Shown: in pieces, positions 40,749 to 56,199 of the stretch
Numbering within the stretch: the stretch's first letter is position 1
Layout: every line of letters begins with the position of its first letter
Source: Auanema rhodensis
Lineage: Eukaryota > Animalia > Nematoda
Direction: 5' to 3'
Assembly (NCBI GenBank): GCA_964057225.1
Contig: OZ059897.1
Span: 124,001-188,000, forward strand
DNA length: 64,000 bases
Translations under genes and position numbers: made by a program
Notes under the pieces: model-generated
What the model was told of the DNA's origin: nothing
The model's database searches: none
What the model saw: the letters and a program-made list of their open reading frames with translations, nothing else

Positions 40749-43700
40749 TTGTATTAAGCGTTTCTCAATGTAGTATAGTGCATTCGATGCGGATTTTTAA
40801 GCTGCGTCGATCTGTGTTATCAGATTTGCGTTAGCTTAAAAATGCACCGAGATATCAACTGATATAAGTTCACACTTATATCCTCGATTTTCACCCTGAA
40901 GGAATAATTTTTTCGTTGAATAACATTGTCCATCGTCTTTGCCTTGAAAAATGGAATCTAAAAACATCTACTTTTTGCCAAATTATTTTGAAATTTTTCG
41001 AAAAAATTTTTGTCAAAATGTTTTTGGAAGCAATGTTGAGTGTACATGGAAACTCAACATACACTAATGCATCATTTTTCAAACGATCATAACTAATTTC
41101 TGTATTAAGCGTTTCTCAATGTAGTTTAGTGCATTCGATGCGGATTTTTAAGCTGCGTCGATCTGTGTTATCAGATTTGCGCTAGCTTAAAAATGCACCG
41201 AGATATCAACTGATATAAGTTCACACATATATCCTCGATTTTCACCCTGAAGAAATAATTTTTTCGTTGAATAACATTGTCCATCGTCTTTGCCTTGAAA
41301 AAAGGAATCTAAAAACATCTACTTTTTGCTAAATTATTTTGAAATTTTTCGAAAAAATTTTTGTCAAAATGTTTTTGGAAGCAATGTTGAGTGTACATGG
41401 AAACTCAACATACACTAATGCATCATTTTTCAAACGATCATAACTAATTTTTGTATTGAGCGTTTCTCAATGTAGTATAGTGCATTCGATGCGGATTTTT
41501 AAGCTGCGTCGATCTGTGTTATCAGATTTGCGCTAGCTTAAAAATGCACCGAGATATCAACTGATATAAGTTCACACTTATATCCTCGATTTTCACCCTG
41601 AAGAATTAATTTTTTCGTTGAATAACATTGTCCATCGTCTTTGCCTTGAAAAATGAAATCTAAAAACATCTACTTTTTGCTAAATTATTTTGAAATTTTT
41701 CGAAAAAATTTTTGTCAAAATGTTTTTGGAAGCATTGTTGAGTGTACATGGAAACTCAACATACACTAATGCATCATTTTTCAAAGGATCATAACTAATT
41801 TTTGTATTAAGCGTTCCTCAATGTAGTATAGTGCATTCGATGCGGATTTTTAAGCTGCGTCGATCTGTGTTATCAGATTTGCGTTAGCTTAAAAATGCAC
41901 CGAGATATCAACTGATATAAGTTCACACTTATATCCTCGATTTTCACCCTGAAGGAATAATTTTTTCGTTGAATAACATTGTCCATCGTCTTTGCCTTGA
42001 AAAATGGAATCTAAAAACATCTACTTTTTGCCAAATTATTTTGAAATTTTTCGAAAAAATTTTTGTCAAAATGTTTTTGGAAGCAATGTTGAGTGTACAT
42101 GGAAACTCAACATACACTAATGCATCATTTTTCAAACGATCATAACTAATTTCTGTATTAAGCGTTTCTCAATGTAGTTTAGTGCATTCGATGCGGATTT
42201 TTAAGCTGCGTCGATCTGTGTTATCAGATTTGCGCTAGCTTAAAAATGCACCGAGATATCAACTGATATAAGTTCACACATATATCCTCGATTTTCACCC
42301 TGAAGAAATAATTTTTTCGTTGAATAACATTGTCCATCGTCTTTGCCTTGAAAAAAGGAATCTAAAAACATCTACTTTTTGCTAAATTATTTTGAAATTT
42401 TTCGAAAAAATTTTTGTCAAAATGTTTTTGGAAGCAATGTTGAGTGTACATGGAAACTCAACATACACTAATGCATCATTTTTCAAACGATCATAACTAA
42501 TTTTTGTATTGAGCGTTTCTCAATGTAGTATAGTGCATTCGATGCGGATTTTTAAGCTGCGTCGATCTGTGTTATCAGATTTGCGCTAGCTTAAAAATGC
42601 ACCGAGATATCAACTGATATAAGTTCACACTTATATCCTCGATTTTCACCCTGAAGAATTAATTTTTTCGTTGAATAACATTGTCCATCGTCTTTGCCTT
42701 GAAAAATGGAATCTAAAAACATCTACTTTTTGCTAAATTATTTTGAAATTTTTCGAAAAAATTTTTGTCAAAATGTTTTTGGAAGCATTGTTGAGTGTAC
42801 ATGGAAACTCAACATACACTAATGCATCATTTTTCAAAGGATCATAACTAATTTTTGTATTAAGCGTTTCTCAATGTAGTATAGTGCATTCGATGCGGAT
42901 TTTTAAGCTGCGTCGATCTGTGTTATCAGATTTGCGCTAGCTTAAAAATGCACCGAGATATCAACTGATATAAGTTCACACTTATATCCTCGATTTTCAC
43001 CCTGAAGGAATAATATTTTCGTTGAATAACATTGTCCATCGTCTTTGCCTTGAGAAAAAGAATCTAAAAACATCTACTTTTTGCTAAATTATTTTGAAAT
43101 TTTTCGAAAAAATTTTTGTCAAAATGTTTTTGGAAGCAATGTTGAGTGTACATGGAAACTCAACATACACTAATGCATCATTTTTCAAACGATCATAACT
43201 AATTTTTGTATAGAGCGTTTCTCAATGTAGTATAGTGCATTCGATGCGGATTTTTAAGCTGCGTCGATCTGTGTTATCAGATTTGCGCTAGCTTAAAAAT
43301 GCACCGAGATATCAACTGATATAAGTTCACACTTATATCCTCGATTTTCACCCTGAAGAATTAATTTTTTCGTTGAATAACATTGTCCATCGTCTTTGCC
43401 TTGAAAAATGGAATCTAAAAACATCTACTTTTTGCTAAATTATTTTGAAATTTTTCGAAAAAATTTTTGTCAAAATGTTTTTGGAAGCATTGTTGAGTGT
43501 ACATGGAAACTCAACATACACTAATGCATCATTTTTCAAAGGATCATAACTAATTTTTGTATTAAGCGTTTCTCAATGTAGTATAGTGCATTCGATGCGG
43601 ATTTTTAAGCTGCGTCGATCTGTGTTATCAGATTTGCGCTAGCTTAAAAATGCACCGAGATATCAACTGATATAAGTTCACACTTATATCCTCGATTTTC

Positions 43701-46370
43701 ACCCTGAAGGAATAATATTTTCGTTGAATAACATTGTCCATCGTCTTTGCCTTGAGAAAAAGAATCTAAAAACATCTACTTTTTGCTAAATTATTTTGAA
43801 ATTTTTCGAAAAAATTTTTGTCAAAATGTTTTTGGAAGCAATGTTGAGTGTACATGGAAACTCAACATACACTAATGCATCATTTTTCAAACGATCATAA
43901 CTAATTTTTGTATCAAGCGTTTCTCAATGTAGTATAGTGCATTCGATGCGCATTTTTAAACTGCGTCGATCTGTGTTATCAGATTTGCGCTAGCTTAAAA
44001 ATGCACCGAGATATCAACTGATATAAGTTCACACATATATCCTCGATTTTCACCCTGAAGAAATAATTTTTTCGTTGAATAACATTGTCCATCGTCTTTG
44101 CCTTGAAAAATGGAATCTAAAAACATCTACTTTTTGCCAAATTATTTTGAAATTTTTCGAAAAAATTTTTGTCAAAATGTTTTTGGAAGCAATGTTGAGT
44201 GTACATGGAAACTCAACATACACTAATGCATCATTTTTCAAACGATCATAACTAATTTCTGTATTAAGCGTTTCTCAATGTAGTTTAGTGCATTCGATGC
44301 GGATTTTTAAGCTGCGTCGATCTGTGTTATCAGATTTGCGCTAGCTTAAAAATGCACCGAGATATCAACTGATATAAGTTCACACTTATATCCTCGATTT
44401 TCACCCTGAAGAAATAATTTTTTCGTTGAATAACATTGTCCATCGTCTTTGCCTTGAAAAAAGGAATCTAAAAACATCTACTTTTTGCTAAATTATTTTG
44501 AAATTTTTCGAAAAAATTTTTGTCAAAATGTTTTTGGAAGCAATGTTGAGTGTACATGGAAACTCAACATACACTAATGCATCATTTTTCAAACGATCAT
44601 AACTAATTTTTGTATTGAGCGTTTCTCAATGTAGTATAGTGCATTCGATGCGGATTTTTAAGCTGCGTCGATCTGTGTTATCAGATTTGCGCTAGCTTAA
44701 AAATGCACCGAGATATCAACTGATATAAGTTCACACTTATATCCTCGATTTTCACCCTGAAGAATTAATTTTTTCGTTGAATAACATTGTCCATCGTCTT
44801 TGCCTTGAAAAATGGAATCTAAAAACATCTACTTTTTGCTAAATTATTTTGAAATTTTTCGAAAAAATTTTTGTCAAAATGTTTTTGGAAGCATTGTTGA
44901 GTGTACATGGAAACTCAACATACACTAATGCATCATTTTTCAAAGGATCATAACTAATTTTTGTATTAAGCGTTCCTCAATGTAGTATAGTGCATTCGAT
45001 GCGGATTTTTAAGCTGCGTCGATCTGTGTTATCAGATTTGCGTTAGCTTAAAAATGCACCGAGATATCAACTGATATAAGTTCACACTTATATCCTCGAT
45101 TTTCACCCTGAAGGAATAATTTTTTCGTTGAATAACATTGTCCATCGTCTTTGCCTTGAAAAATGGAATCTAAAAACATCTACTTTTTGCCAAATTATTT
45201 TGAAATTTTTCGAAAAAATTTTTGTCAAAATGTTTTTGGAAGCAATGTTGAGTGTACATGGAAACTCAACATACACTAATGCATCATTTTTCAAACGATC
45301 ATAACTAATTTCTGTATTAAGCGTTTCTCAATGTAGTTTAGTGCATTCGATGCGGATTTTTAAGCTGCGTCGATCTGTGTTATCAGATTTGCGCTAGCTT
45401 AAAAATGCACCGAGATATCAACTGATATAAGTTCACACATATATCCTCGATTTTCACCCTGAAGAAATAATTTTTTCGTTGAATAACATTGTCCATCGTC
45501 TTTGCCTTGAAAAAAGGAATCTAAAAACATCTACTTTTTGCTAAATTATTTTGAAATTTTTCGAAAAAATTTTTGTCAAAATGTTTTTGGAAGCAATGTT
45601 GAGTGTACATGGAAACTCAACATACACTAATGCATCATTTTTCAAACGATCATAACTAATTTTTGTATTGAGCGTTTCTCAATGTAGTATAGTGCATTCG
45701 ATGCGGATTTTTAAGCTGCGTCGATCTGTGTTATCAGATTTGCGCTAGCTTAAAAATGCACCGAGATATCAACTGATATAAGTTCACACTTATATCCTCG
45801 ATTTTCACCCTGAAGAATTAATTTTTTCGTTGAATAACATTGTCCATCGTCTTTGCCTTGAAAAATGGAATCTAAAAACATCTACTTTTTGCTAAATTAT
45901 TTTGAAATTTTTCGAAAAAATTTTTGTCAAAATGTTTTTGGAAGCATTGTTGAGTGTACATGGAAACTCAACATACACTAATGCATCATTTTTCAAAGGA
46001 TCATAACTAATTTTTGTATTAAGCGTTTCTCAATGTAGTATAGTGCATTCGATGCGGATTTTTAAGCTGCGTCGATCTGTGTTATCAGATTTGCGCTAGC
46101 TTAAAAATGCACCGAGATATCAACTGATATAAGTTCACACTTATATCCTCGATTTTCACCCTGAAGGAATAATATTTTCGTTGAATAACATTGTCCATCG
46201 TCTTTGCCTTGAGAAAAAAAATCTAAAAACATCTACTTTTTGCTAAATTATTTTGAAATTTTTCGAAAAAATTTTTGTCAAAATGTTTTTGGAAGCAATG
46301 TTGAGTGTACATGGAAACTCAACATACACTAATGCATCATTTTTCAAACGATCATAACTAATTTTTGTAT
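40749..46370. repeat. 3-mer (1053-bp) higher-order units nested in a 9-mer (3159-bp) duplication, array B
   Basis: The GCCAAA allele recurs 1053 bp apart (ORF track 40891/41944 and 44050/45103). Markers GTTCCTC 41816/44975 and TAATATTTT 43015/46174 are 3159 bp apart. Confidence 0.82.
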
Positions 46371-47069
46371 TGAGCGTTTCTCAATGTAGTATAGTGCATT
46401 CGATGCGGATTTTTAAGCTGCGTCGATCTGTGTTATCAGATTTGCGTTAGCTTAAAAATGCACCGAGATATCAACTGATATAAGTTCACACTTATATCCT
46501 GGATTTTCACCCTGAAGGAATAATTTTTTCGTTGAATAACATTGTCCATCGTCTTTGCCTTGAAAAAAGGAATCTAAAAACATCTACTTTTTGCTAAATT
46601 ATTTTGAAATTTTTCGAAAAAATTTTTGTCAAAATGTTTTTGGAAGCAATGTTGAGTGTACATGGAAACTCAACATACACTAATGCATCATTTTTCAAAC
46701 GATCATAACTAATTTTTGTATTTAGCGTTTCTCAATGTAGTATAGTGCATTCGATGCGGATTTTTAAGCTGCGTCGATCTGTGTTATCAGATTTGCGCTA
46801 GCTTAAAAATGCACCGAGATATCAACTGATATAAGTTCACACTTATATCCTCGATTTTCACCCTGAAGAATTAATTTTTTCGTTGAATAACACTGTCCAT
46901 CGTCTTTGCCTTGAAAAATGGAATCTAAAAACATCTACTTTTTGCCAAATTATTTTGAAATTTTTCGAAAAAATTTTTGTCAAAATGTTTTTGGAAGCAA
47001 TGTTGAGTGTACATGGAAACTCAACATACACTAATGCATCATTTTTCAAACGATCATAACTAATTTTTG

Positions 47070-50000
47070 TATTAAGCGTTTCTCAATGTAGTATAGTGCA
47101 TTCGATGCGGATTTTTAAGCTGCGTCGATCTGTGTTATCAGATTTGCGCTAGCTTAAAAATGCACCGAGATATCAACTGATATAAGTTCACACTTATATC
47201 CTCGATTTTCACCCTGAAGAATTAATTTTTTCGTTGAATAACATTGTCCATCGTCTTTGCCTTGAAAAATGGAATCTAAAAACATCTACTTTTTGCTAAA
47301 TTATTTTGAAATTTTTCGAAAAAATTTTTGTCAAAATGTTTTTGGAAGCAATGTTGAGTGTACATGGAAACTCAACATACACTAATGCATCATTTTTCAA
47401 ACGATCATAACTAATTTTTGTATCAAGCGTTTCTCAATTAAGTATAGTGCATTCGATGCGCATTTTTAAGCTGCGTCGATCTGTGTTATCAGATTTGCGC
47501 TAGCTTAAAAATGCACCGAGATATCAACTGATATAAGTTCACACTTATATCCTCGATTTTCACCCTGAAGAATTAATTTTTTCGTTGAATAACACTGTCC
47601 ATCGTCTTTGCCTTGAAAAATGGAATCTAAAAACATCTACTTTTTGCTAAATTATTTTGAAATTTTTCGAAAAAATTTTTGTCAAAATGTTTTTGGAAGC
47701 AATGTTGAGTGTACATGGAAACTCAACATACACTAATGCATCATTTTTCAAACGATCATAACTAATTTCTGTATTAAGCGTTTCTCAATGTAGTTTAGTG
47801 CATTCGATGCGGATTTTTAAGCTGCGTCGATCTGTGTTATCAGATTTGCGCTAGCTTAAAAATGCACCGAGATATCAACTGATATAAGTTCACACATATA
47901 TCCTCGATTTTCACCCTGAAGAAATAATTTTTTCGTTGAATAACATTGTCCATCGTCTTTGCCTTGAAAAAAGGAATCTAAAAACATCTACTTTTTGCTA
48001 AATTATTTTGAAATTTTTCGAAAAAATTTTTGTCAAAATGTTTTTGGAAGCAATGTTGAGTGTACATGGAAACTCAACATACACTAATGCATCATTTTTC
48101 AAACGATCATAACTAATTTTTGTATTGAGCGTTTCTCAATGTAGTGAAGTGCATTCGATGCGGATTTTTAAGCTGCGTCGATCTGTGTTATCAGATTTGC
48201 GCTAGCTTAAAAATGCACCGAGATATCAACTGATATAAGTTCACACTTATATCCTCGATTTTCACCCTGAAGGAATAATTTTTTCGTTGAATAACATTGT
48301 CCATCGTCTTTGCCTTAAAAAAAGGAATCTAAAAACATCTACTTTTTGCTACATTATTTTGAAATTTTTCGAAAAAATTTTTGTCAAAATGTTTTTGGAA
48401 GCAATGTTGAGTGTACATGGAAACTCAACATACACTAATGCATCATTTTTCAAACGATCATAACTAATTTTTGTATTAAGCGTTTCTCAATGTAGTATAG
48501 TGCATTCGATGCGGATTTTTAAGCTGCGTCGATCTGTGTTATCAGATTTGCGCTAGCTTAAAAATGCACCGAGATATCAACTGATATAAGTTCACACTTA
48601 TATCCTCGATTTTCACCCTGAAGAATAAATTTTTTCGTTGAATAACATTGTCCATCGTCTTTGCCTTGAAAAAAGGAATCTAAAAACATCTACTTTTTGC
48701 TAAATTATTTTGAAATTTTTCGAAAAAATTTTTGTCAAAATGTTTTTGGAAGCAATGTTGAGTGTACATGGAAACTCAACATACACTAATGCATCATTTT
48801 TCAAACGATCATAACTAATTTTTGTATTAAGCGTTTCTCAATGTAGTATAGTGCATTCGATGCGGATTTTTAAGCTGCGTCGATCTGTGTTATCAGATTT
48901 GCGCTAGCTTAAAAATGCACCGAGATATCAACTGATATAAGTTCACACTTATATCCTCGATTTTCACCCTGAAGAATTAATTTTTTCGTTGAATAACATT
49001 GTCCATCGTCTTTGCCTTGAAAAATGGAATCTAAAAACATCTACTTTTTGCTAAATTATTTTGAAATTTTTCGAAAAAATTTTTGTCAAAATGTTTTTGG
49101 AAGCAATGTTGAGTGTACATGGAAACTCAACATACACTAATGCATCATTTTTCAAACGATCATAACTAATTTTTGTATCAAGCGTTTCTCAATTAAGTAT
49201 AGTGCATTCGATGCGCATTTTTAAGCTGCGTCGATCTGTGTTATCAGATTTGCGCTAGCTTAAAAATGCACCGAGATATCAACTGATATAAGTTCACACT
49301 TATATCCTCGATTTTCACCCTGAAGAATTAATTTTTTCGTTGAATAACACTGTCCATCGTCTTTGCCTTGAAAAATGGAATCTAAAAACATCTACTTTTT
49401 GCTAAATTATTTTGAAATTTTTCGAAAAAATTTTTGTCAAAATGTTTTTGGAAGCAATGTTGAGTGTACATGGAAACTCAACATACACTAATGCATCATT
49501 TTTCAAACGATCATAACTAATTTCTGTATTAAGCGTTTCTCAATGTAGTTTAGTGCATTCGATGCGGATTTTTAAGCTGCGTCGATCTGTGTTATCAGAT
49601 TTGCGCTAGCTTAAAAATGCACCGAGATATCAACTGATATAAGTTCACACATATATCCTCGATTTTCACCCTGAAGAAATAATTTTTTCGTTGAATAACA
49701 TTGTCCATCGTCTTTGCCTTGAAAAAAGGAATCTAAAAACATCTACTTTTTGCTAAATTATTTTGAAATTTTTCGAAAAAATTTTTGTCAAAATGTTTTT
49801 GGAAGCAATGTTGAGTGTACATGGAAACTCAACATACACTAATGCATCATTTTTCAAACGATCATAACTAATTTTTGTATTGAGCGTTTCTCAATGTAGT
49901 AAAGTGCATTCGATGCGGATTTTTAAGCTGCGTCGATCTGTGTTATCAGATTTGCGCTAGCTTAAAAATGCACCGAGATATCAACTGATATAAGTTCACA

Positions 50001-50230
50001 CTTATATCCTCGATTTTCACCCTGAAGGAATAATTTTTTCGTTGAATAACATTGTCCATCGTCTTTGCCTTAAAAAAAGGAATCTAAAAACATCTACTTT
50101 TTGCTAAATTATTTTGAAATTTTTCGAAAAAATTTTTGTCAAAATGTTTTTGGAAGCAATGTTGAGTGTACATGGAAACTCAACATACACTAATGCATCA
50201 TTTTTCAAACGATCATAACTAATTTTTGTA
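47070..50230. repeat. 5-mer (1755-bp) duplication, array B
   Basis: GCGCATTTT at 47461/49216, with ACACTGT and CCTTAAAA variants recurring at the same 1755-bp offset. Confidence 0.8.
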
Positions 50231-52680
50231 TTGAACGTTTCTCAATGTAGTATAGTGCATTCGATGCGGATGTTTAAGCTGCGTCGATCTGTGTTATCAG
50301 ATTTGCGCTAGCTTAAAAATGCACCGAGATATCAACTGATATAAGTTCACACTTATATCCTCGATTTTCACCCTGAAGAATTAATTTTTTCGTTGAATAA
50401 CATTGTCCATCGTCTTTGCCTTGAAAAATGGAATCTAAAAACATCTACTTTTTGCTAAATTATTTTGAAATTTTTCGAAAAAATTTTTGTCAAAATGTTT
50501 TTGGAAGCAATGTTGAGTGTACATGGAAACTCAACATACACTAATGCATCATTTTTCAAACGATCATAACTAATTTTTGTATCAAGCGTTTCTCAATTAA
50601 GTATAGTGCATTCGATGCGCATTTTTAAGCTGCGTCGATCTGTGTTATCAGATTTGCGCTAGCTTAAAAATGCACCGAGATATCAACTGATATAAGTTCA
50701 CACTTATATCCTCGATTTTCACCCTGAAGAAATAATTTTTCCGTTGAATAACATTGTCCATCGTCTTTGCCTTGAAAAATGGAATCTAAAAACATCTACT
50801 TTTTGCTAAATTATTTTGAAATTTTTCGAAAAAATTTTTGTCAAAATGTTTTTGGAAGCAATGTTGAGTGTACATGGAAACTCAACATACACTAATGCAT
50901 CATTTTTCAAACGATCATACCTAATTTTTGTATCAAGCGTTTCTCAATGTAGTATAGTGCATTCGATGCGCATTTTTAAACTGCGTCGATCTGTGTTATC
51001 AGATTTGCGCTAGCTTAAAAATGCACCGAGATATCAACTGATATAAGTTCACACTTATATCCTCGATTTTCACCCTGAAGAAATAATTTTTCCGTTGAAT
51101 AACATTGTCCATCGTCTTTGCCTTGAAAAATGGAATCTAAAAACATCTACTTTTTGCTAAATTATTTTGAAATTTTTCGAAAAAATTTTTGTCAAAATGT
51201 TTTTGGAAGCAATGTTGAGTGTACATGGAAACTCAACATACACTAATGCATCATTTTTCAAACGATCATAACTAACTTTTGTATCAAGCGTTTCTCAATT
51301 AAGTATAGTGCATTCGATGCGGATTTTTAAGCTGCGTCGATCTGTGTTATCAGATTTGCGCTAGCTTAAAAATGCACCGAGATATCAACTGATATAAGTT
51401 CACACTTATATCCTCGATTTTCACCCTGAAGAATAAATTTTTTCGTTGAATAACACTGTCCATCGTCTTTGCCTTGAAAAATGGAATCTAAAAACATCTA
51501 CTTTTTGCTAAATTATTTTGAAATTTTTCGAAAAAATTTTTGTCAAAATGTTTTTGGAAGCAATGTTGAGTGTACATGGAAACTCAACATACACTAATGC
51601 ATCATTTTTCAAACGATCATAACTAATTTTTGTATTAAACGTTTCTCAATGTAGTATAGTGCATTCGATGCGGATGTTTAAGCTGCGTCGATCTGTGTTA
51701 TCAGATTTGCGCTAGCTTAAAAATGCACCGAGATATCAACTGATATAAGTTCACACTTATATCCTCGATTTTCACCCTGAAGAATTAATTTTTTCGTTGA
51801 ATAACATTGTCCATCGTCTTTGCCTTGAAAAATGGAATCTAAAAACATCTACTTTTTGCTAAATTATTTTGAAATTTTTCGAAAAAATTTTTGTCAAAAT
51901 GTTTTTGGAAGCAATGTTGAGTGTACATGGAAACTGAACATACACTAATGCATCATTTTTCAAACGATCATACCTAATTTTTGTATCAAGCGTTTCTCAA
52001 TTAAGTATAGTGCATTCGATGCGCATTTTTAAGCTGCGTCGATCTGTGTTATCAGATTTGCGCTAGCTTAAAAATGCACCGAGATATCAACTGATATAAG
52101 TTCACACTTATATCCTCGATTTTCACCCTGAAGAAATAATTTTTCCGTTGAATAACATTGTCCATCGTCTTTGCCTTGAAAAATGGAATCTAAAAACATC
52201 TACTTTTTGCTAAATTATTTTGAAATTTTTCGAAAAAATTTTTGTCAAAATGTTTTTGGAAGCAATGTTGAGTGTACATGGAAACTCAACATACACTAAT
52301 GCATCATTTTTCAAACGATCATACCTAATTTTTGTATCAAGCGTTTCTCAATGTAGTATAGTGCATTCGATGCGCATTTTTAAACTGCGTCGATCTGTGT
52401 TATCAGATTTGCGCTAGCTTAAAAATGCACCGAGATATCAACTGATATAAGTTCACACTTATATCCTCGATTTTCACCCTGAAGAAATAATTTTTCCGTT
52501 GAATAACATTGTCCATCGTCTTTGCCTTGAAAAATGGAATCTAAAAACATCTACTTTTTGCTAAATTATTTTGAAATTTTTCGAAAAAATTTTTGTCAAA
52601 ATGTTTTTGGAAGCAATGTTGAGTGTACATGGAAACTCAACATACACTAATGCATCATTTTTCAAACGATCATAACTAAT
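50230..52680. repeat. 4-mer (1404-bp) duplication, array B
   Basis: GGATGTTT at 50272/51676 and CATACCT at 50920/52324. The ORF-track entries at 50816 and 52220 have the same offset. Confidence 0.78.
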
Positions 52681-53539
52681 TTTTGTATTGAGCGTTTCTC
52701 AATGTAGTATAGTGCATTCGATGCGGATTTTTAAGCTGCGTCGATCTGTGTTATCAGATTTGCGCTAGCTTAAAAATGCACCGAGATATCAACTGATATA
52801 AGTTCACACATATATCCTCGATTTTCACCCTGAAGAAATAATTTTTTCGTTGAATAACATTGTCCATCGTCTTTGCCTTGAAAAAAGGAATCTAAAAACA
52901 TCTACTTTTTGCTAAATTATTTTGAAATTTTTCGAAAAAATTTTTGTCAAAATGTTTTTGGAAGCAATGTTGAGTGTACATGGAAACTCAACATACACTA
53001 ATGCATCATTTTTCAAACGATCATAACTTATTTTTGTATTGAGCGTTTCTCAATGTAGTATAGTGCATTCGATGCGGATTTTTAAGCTGCGTCGATCTGT
53101 GTTATCAGATTTGCGCTAGCTTAAAAATGCACCGAGATATCAACTGATATAAGTTCACACTTATATCCTCGATTTTCACCCTGAAGAAATAATTTTTCCG
53201 TTGAATAACATTGTCCATCGTCTTTGCCTTGAAAAATGGAATCTAAAAACATCTACTTTTTGCTAAATTATCTTGAAATTTTTCGAAAAAATTTTTGTCA
53301 AAATGTTTTTGGAAGCAATGTTGAGTGTACATGGAAACTGAACATACACTAATGCATCATTTTTCAAACGATCATACCTAATTTTTGTATCAAGCGTTTC
53401 TCAATGTAGTATAGTGCATTCGATGCGCATTTTTAAACTGCGTCGATCTGTGTTATCAGATTTGCGCTAGCTTAAAAATGCACCGAGATATCAACTGATA
53501 TAAGTTCACACTTATATCCTCGATTTTCACCCTGAAGAA

Positions 53540-55640
53540 ATAATTTTTCCGTTGAATAACATTGTCCATCGTCTTTGCCTTGAAAAATGGAATCTAAAAA
53601 CATCTACTTTTTGCTAAATTATTTTGAAATTTTTCGAAAAAATTTTTGTCAAAATGTTTTTGGAAGCAATGTTGAGTGTACATGGAAACTCAACATACAC
53701 TAATGCATCATTTTTCAAACGATCATAACTAATTTTTGTATCAAGCGTTTCTCAATTAAGTATAGTGCATTCGATGCGGATTTTTAAGCTGCGTCGATCT
53801 GTGTTATCAGATTTGCGCTAGCTTAAAAATGCACCGAGATATCAACTGATATAAGTTCACACTTATATCCTCGATTTTCACCCTGAAGAATTAATTTTTT
53901 CGTTGAATAACATTGTCCATCGTCTTTGCCTTGAAAAATGGAATCTAAAAACATCTACTTTTTGCTAAATTATTTTGAAATTTTTCGAAAAAATTTTTGT
54001 CAAAATGTTTTTGGAAGCAATGTTGAGTGTACATGGAAACTCAACATACACTAATGCATCATTTTTCAAACGATCATAACTAACTTTTGTATCAAGCGTT
54101 TCTCAATTAAGTATAGTGCATTCGATGCGCATTTTTAAGCTGCGTCGATCTGTGTTATCAGATTTGCGCTAGCTTAAAAATGCACCGAGATATCAACTGA
54201 TATAAGTTCACACTTATATCCTCGATTTTCACCCTGAAGAATTAATTTTTTCGTTGAATAACACTGTCCATCGTCTTTGCCTTGAAAAATGGAATCTGAA
54301 AACATCTACTTTTTGCTAAATTATTTTGAAATTTTTCGAAAAAATTTTTGTCAAAATGTTTTTGGAAGCAATGTTGAGTGTACATGGAAACTCAACATAC
54401 ACTAATGCATCATTTTTCAAACGATCATAACTAATTTCTGTATTAAGCGTCTCTCAATGTAGTTTAGTGCATTCGATGCGGATTTTTAAGCTGCGTCGAT
54501 CTGTGTTATCAGATTTGCGCTAGCTTAAAAATGCACCGAGATATCAACTGATATAAGTTCACACATATATCCTCGATTTTCACCCTGAAGAAATAATTTT
54601 TCCGTTGAATAACATTGTCCATCGTCTTTGCCTTGAAAAATGGAATCTAAAAACATCTACTTTTTGCTAAATTATTTTGAAATTTTTCGAAAAAATTTTT
54701 GTCAAAATGTTTTTGGAAGCAATGTTGAGTGTACATGGAAACTCAACATACACTAATGCATCATTTTTCAAACGATCATAACTAATTTTTGTATCAAGCG
54801 TTTCTCAATTAAGTATAGTGCATTCGATGCGGATTTTTAAGCTGCGTCGATCTGTGTTATCAGATTTGCGCTAGCTTAAAAATGCACCGAGATATCAACT
54901 GATATAAGTTCACACTTATATCCTCGATTTTCACCCTGAAGAATTAATTTTTTCGTTGAATAACATTGTCCATCGTCTTTGCCTTGAAAAATGGAATCTA
55001 AAAACATCTACTTTTTGCTAAATTATTTTGAAATTTTTCGAAAAAATTTTTGTCAAAATGTTTTTGGAAGCAATGTTGAGTGTACATGGAAACTCAACAT
55101 ACACTAATGCATCATTTTTCAAACGATCATAACTAACTTTTGTATCAAGCGTTTCTCAATTAAGTATAGTGCATTCGATGCGCATTTTTAAGCTGCGTCG
55201 ATCTGTGTTATCAGATTTGCGCTAGCTTAAAAATGCACCGAGATATCAACTGATATAAGTTCACACTTATATCCTCGATTTTCACCCTGAAGAATTAATT
55301 TTTTCGTTGAATAACACTGTCCATCGTCTTTGCCTTGAAAAATGGAATCTGAAAACATCTACTTTTTGCTAAATTATTTTGAAATTTTTCGAAAAAATTT
55401 TTGTCAAAATGTTTTTGGAAGCAATGTTGAGTGTACATGGAAACTCAACATACACTAATGCATCATTTTTCAAACGATCATAACTAATATCTGTATTAAG
55501 CGTCTCTCAATGTAGTTTAGTGCATTCGATGCGGATTTTTAAGCTGCGTCGATCTGTGTTATCAGATTTGCGCTAGCTTAAAAATGCACCGAGATATCAA
55601 CTGATATAAGTTCACACATATATCCTCGATTTTCACCCTG
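53540..55640. repeat. 3-mer (1053-bp) duplication, array B
   Basis: AATCTGAA at 54298/55351 and GTCTCTC at 54451/55504. Confidence 0.8.
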
Positions 55641-56199
55641 AAGAATTAATTTTTTCGTTGAATAACATTGTCCATCGTCTTTGCCTTGAAAAATGGAATC
55701 TAAAAACATCTACTTTTTGCTAAATTATTTTGAAATTTTTCGAAAAAATTTTTGTCAAAATGTTTTTGGAAGCAATGTTGAGTGTACATGGAAACTCAAC
55801 ATACACTAATGCATCATTTTTCAAACGATCATAACTAATTTTTGTATTAAGCGTTTCTCAATGTAGTATAGTGCTTTCGATGCGGATTTTTAAGCTGCGT
55901 CGATCTGTGTTATCAGATTTGCGCTAGCTTAGAAATGCACCGAGATATCAACTGATATAAGTTCACACTTATATCCTCGATTTTCACCCTGAAGGAATAA
56001 TTTTTTCGTTGAATAACATGGTCCATCGTCTTTGCCTTGAAAAAAGGAATCTAAAAACATCTACTTTTTGCTAAATTATTTTGAAATTTTTCGAAAAAAT
56101 TTTTGTCAAAATGTTTTTGGAAGCAATGTTGAGTGTACATGGAAACTCAACATACACTAATGCATCATTTTTCAAACGATCATAACTAATTTTTGTATT

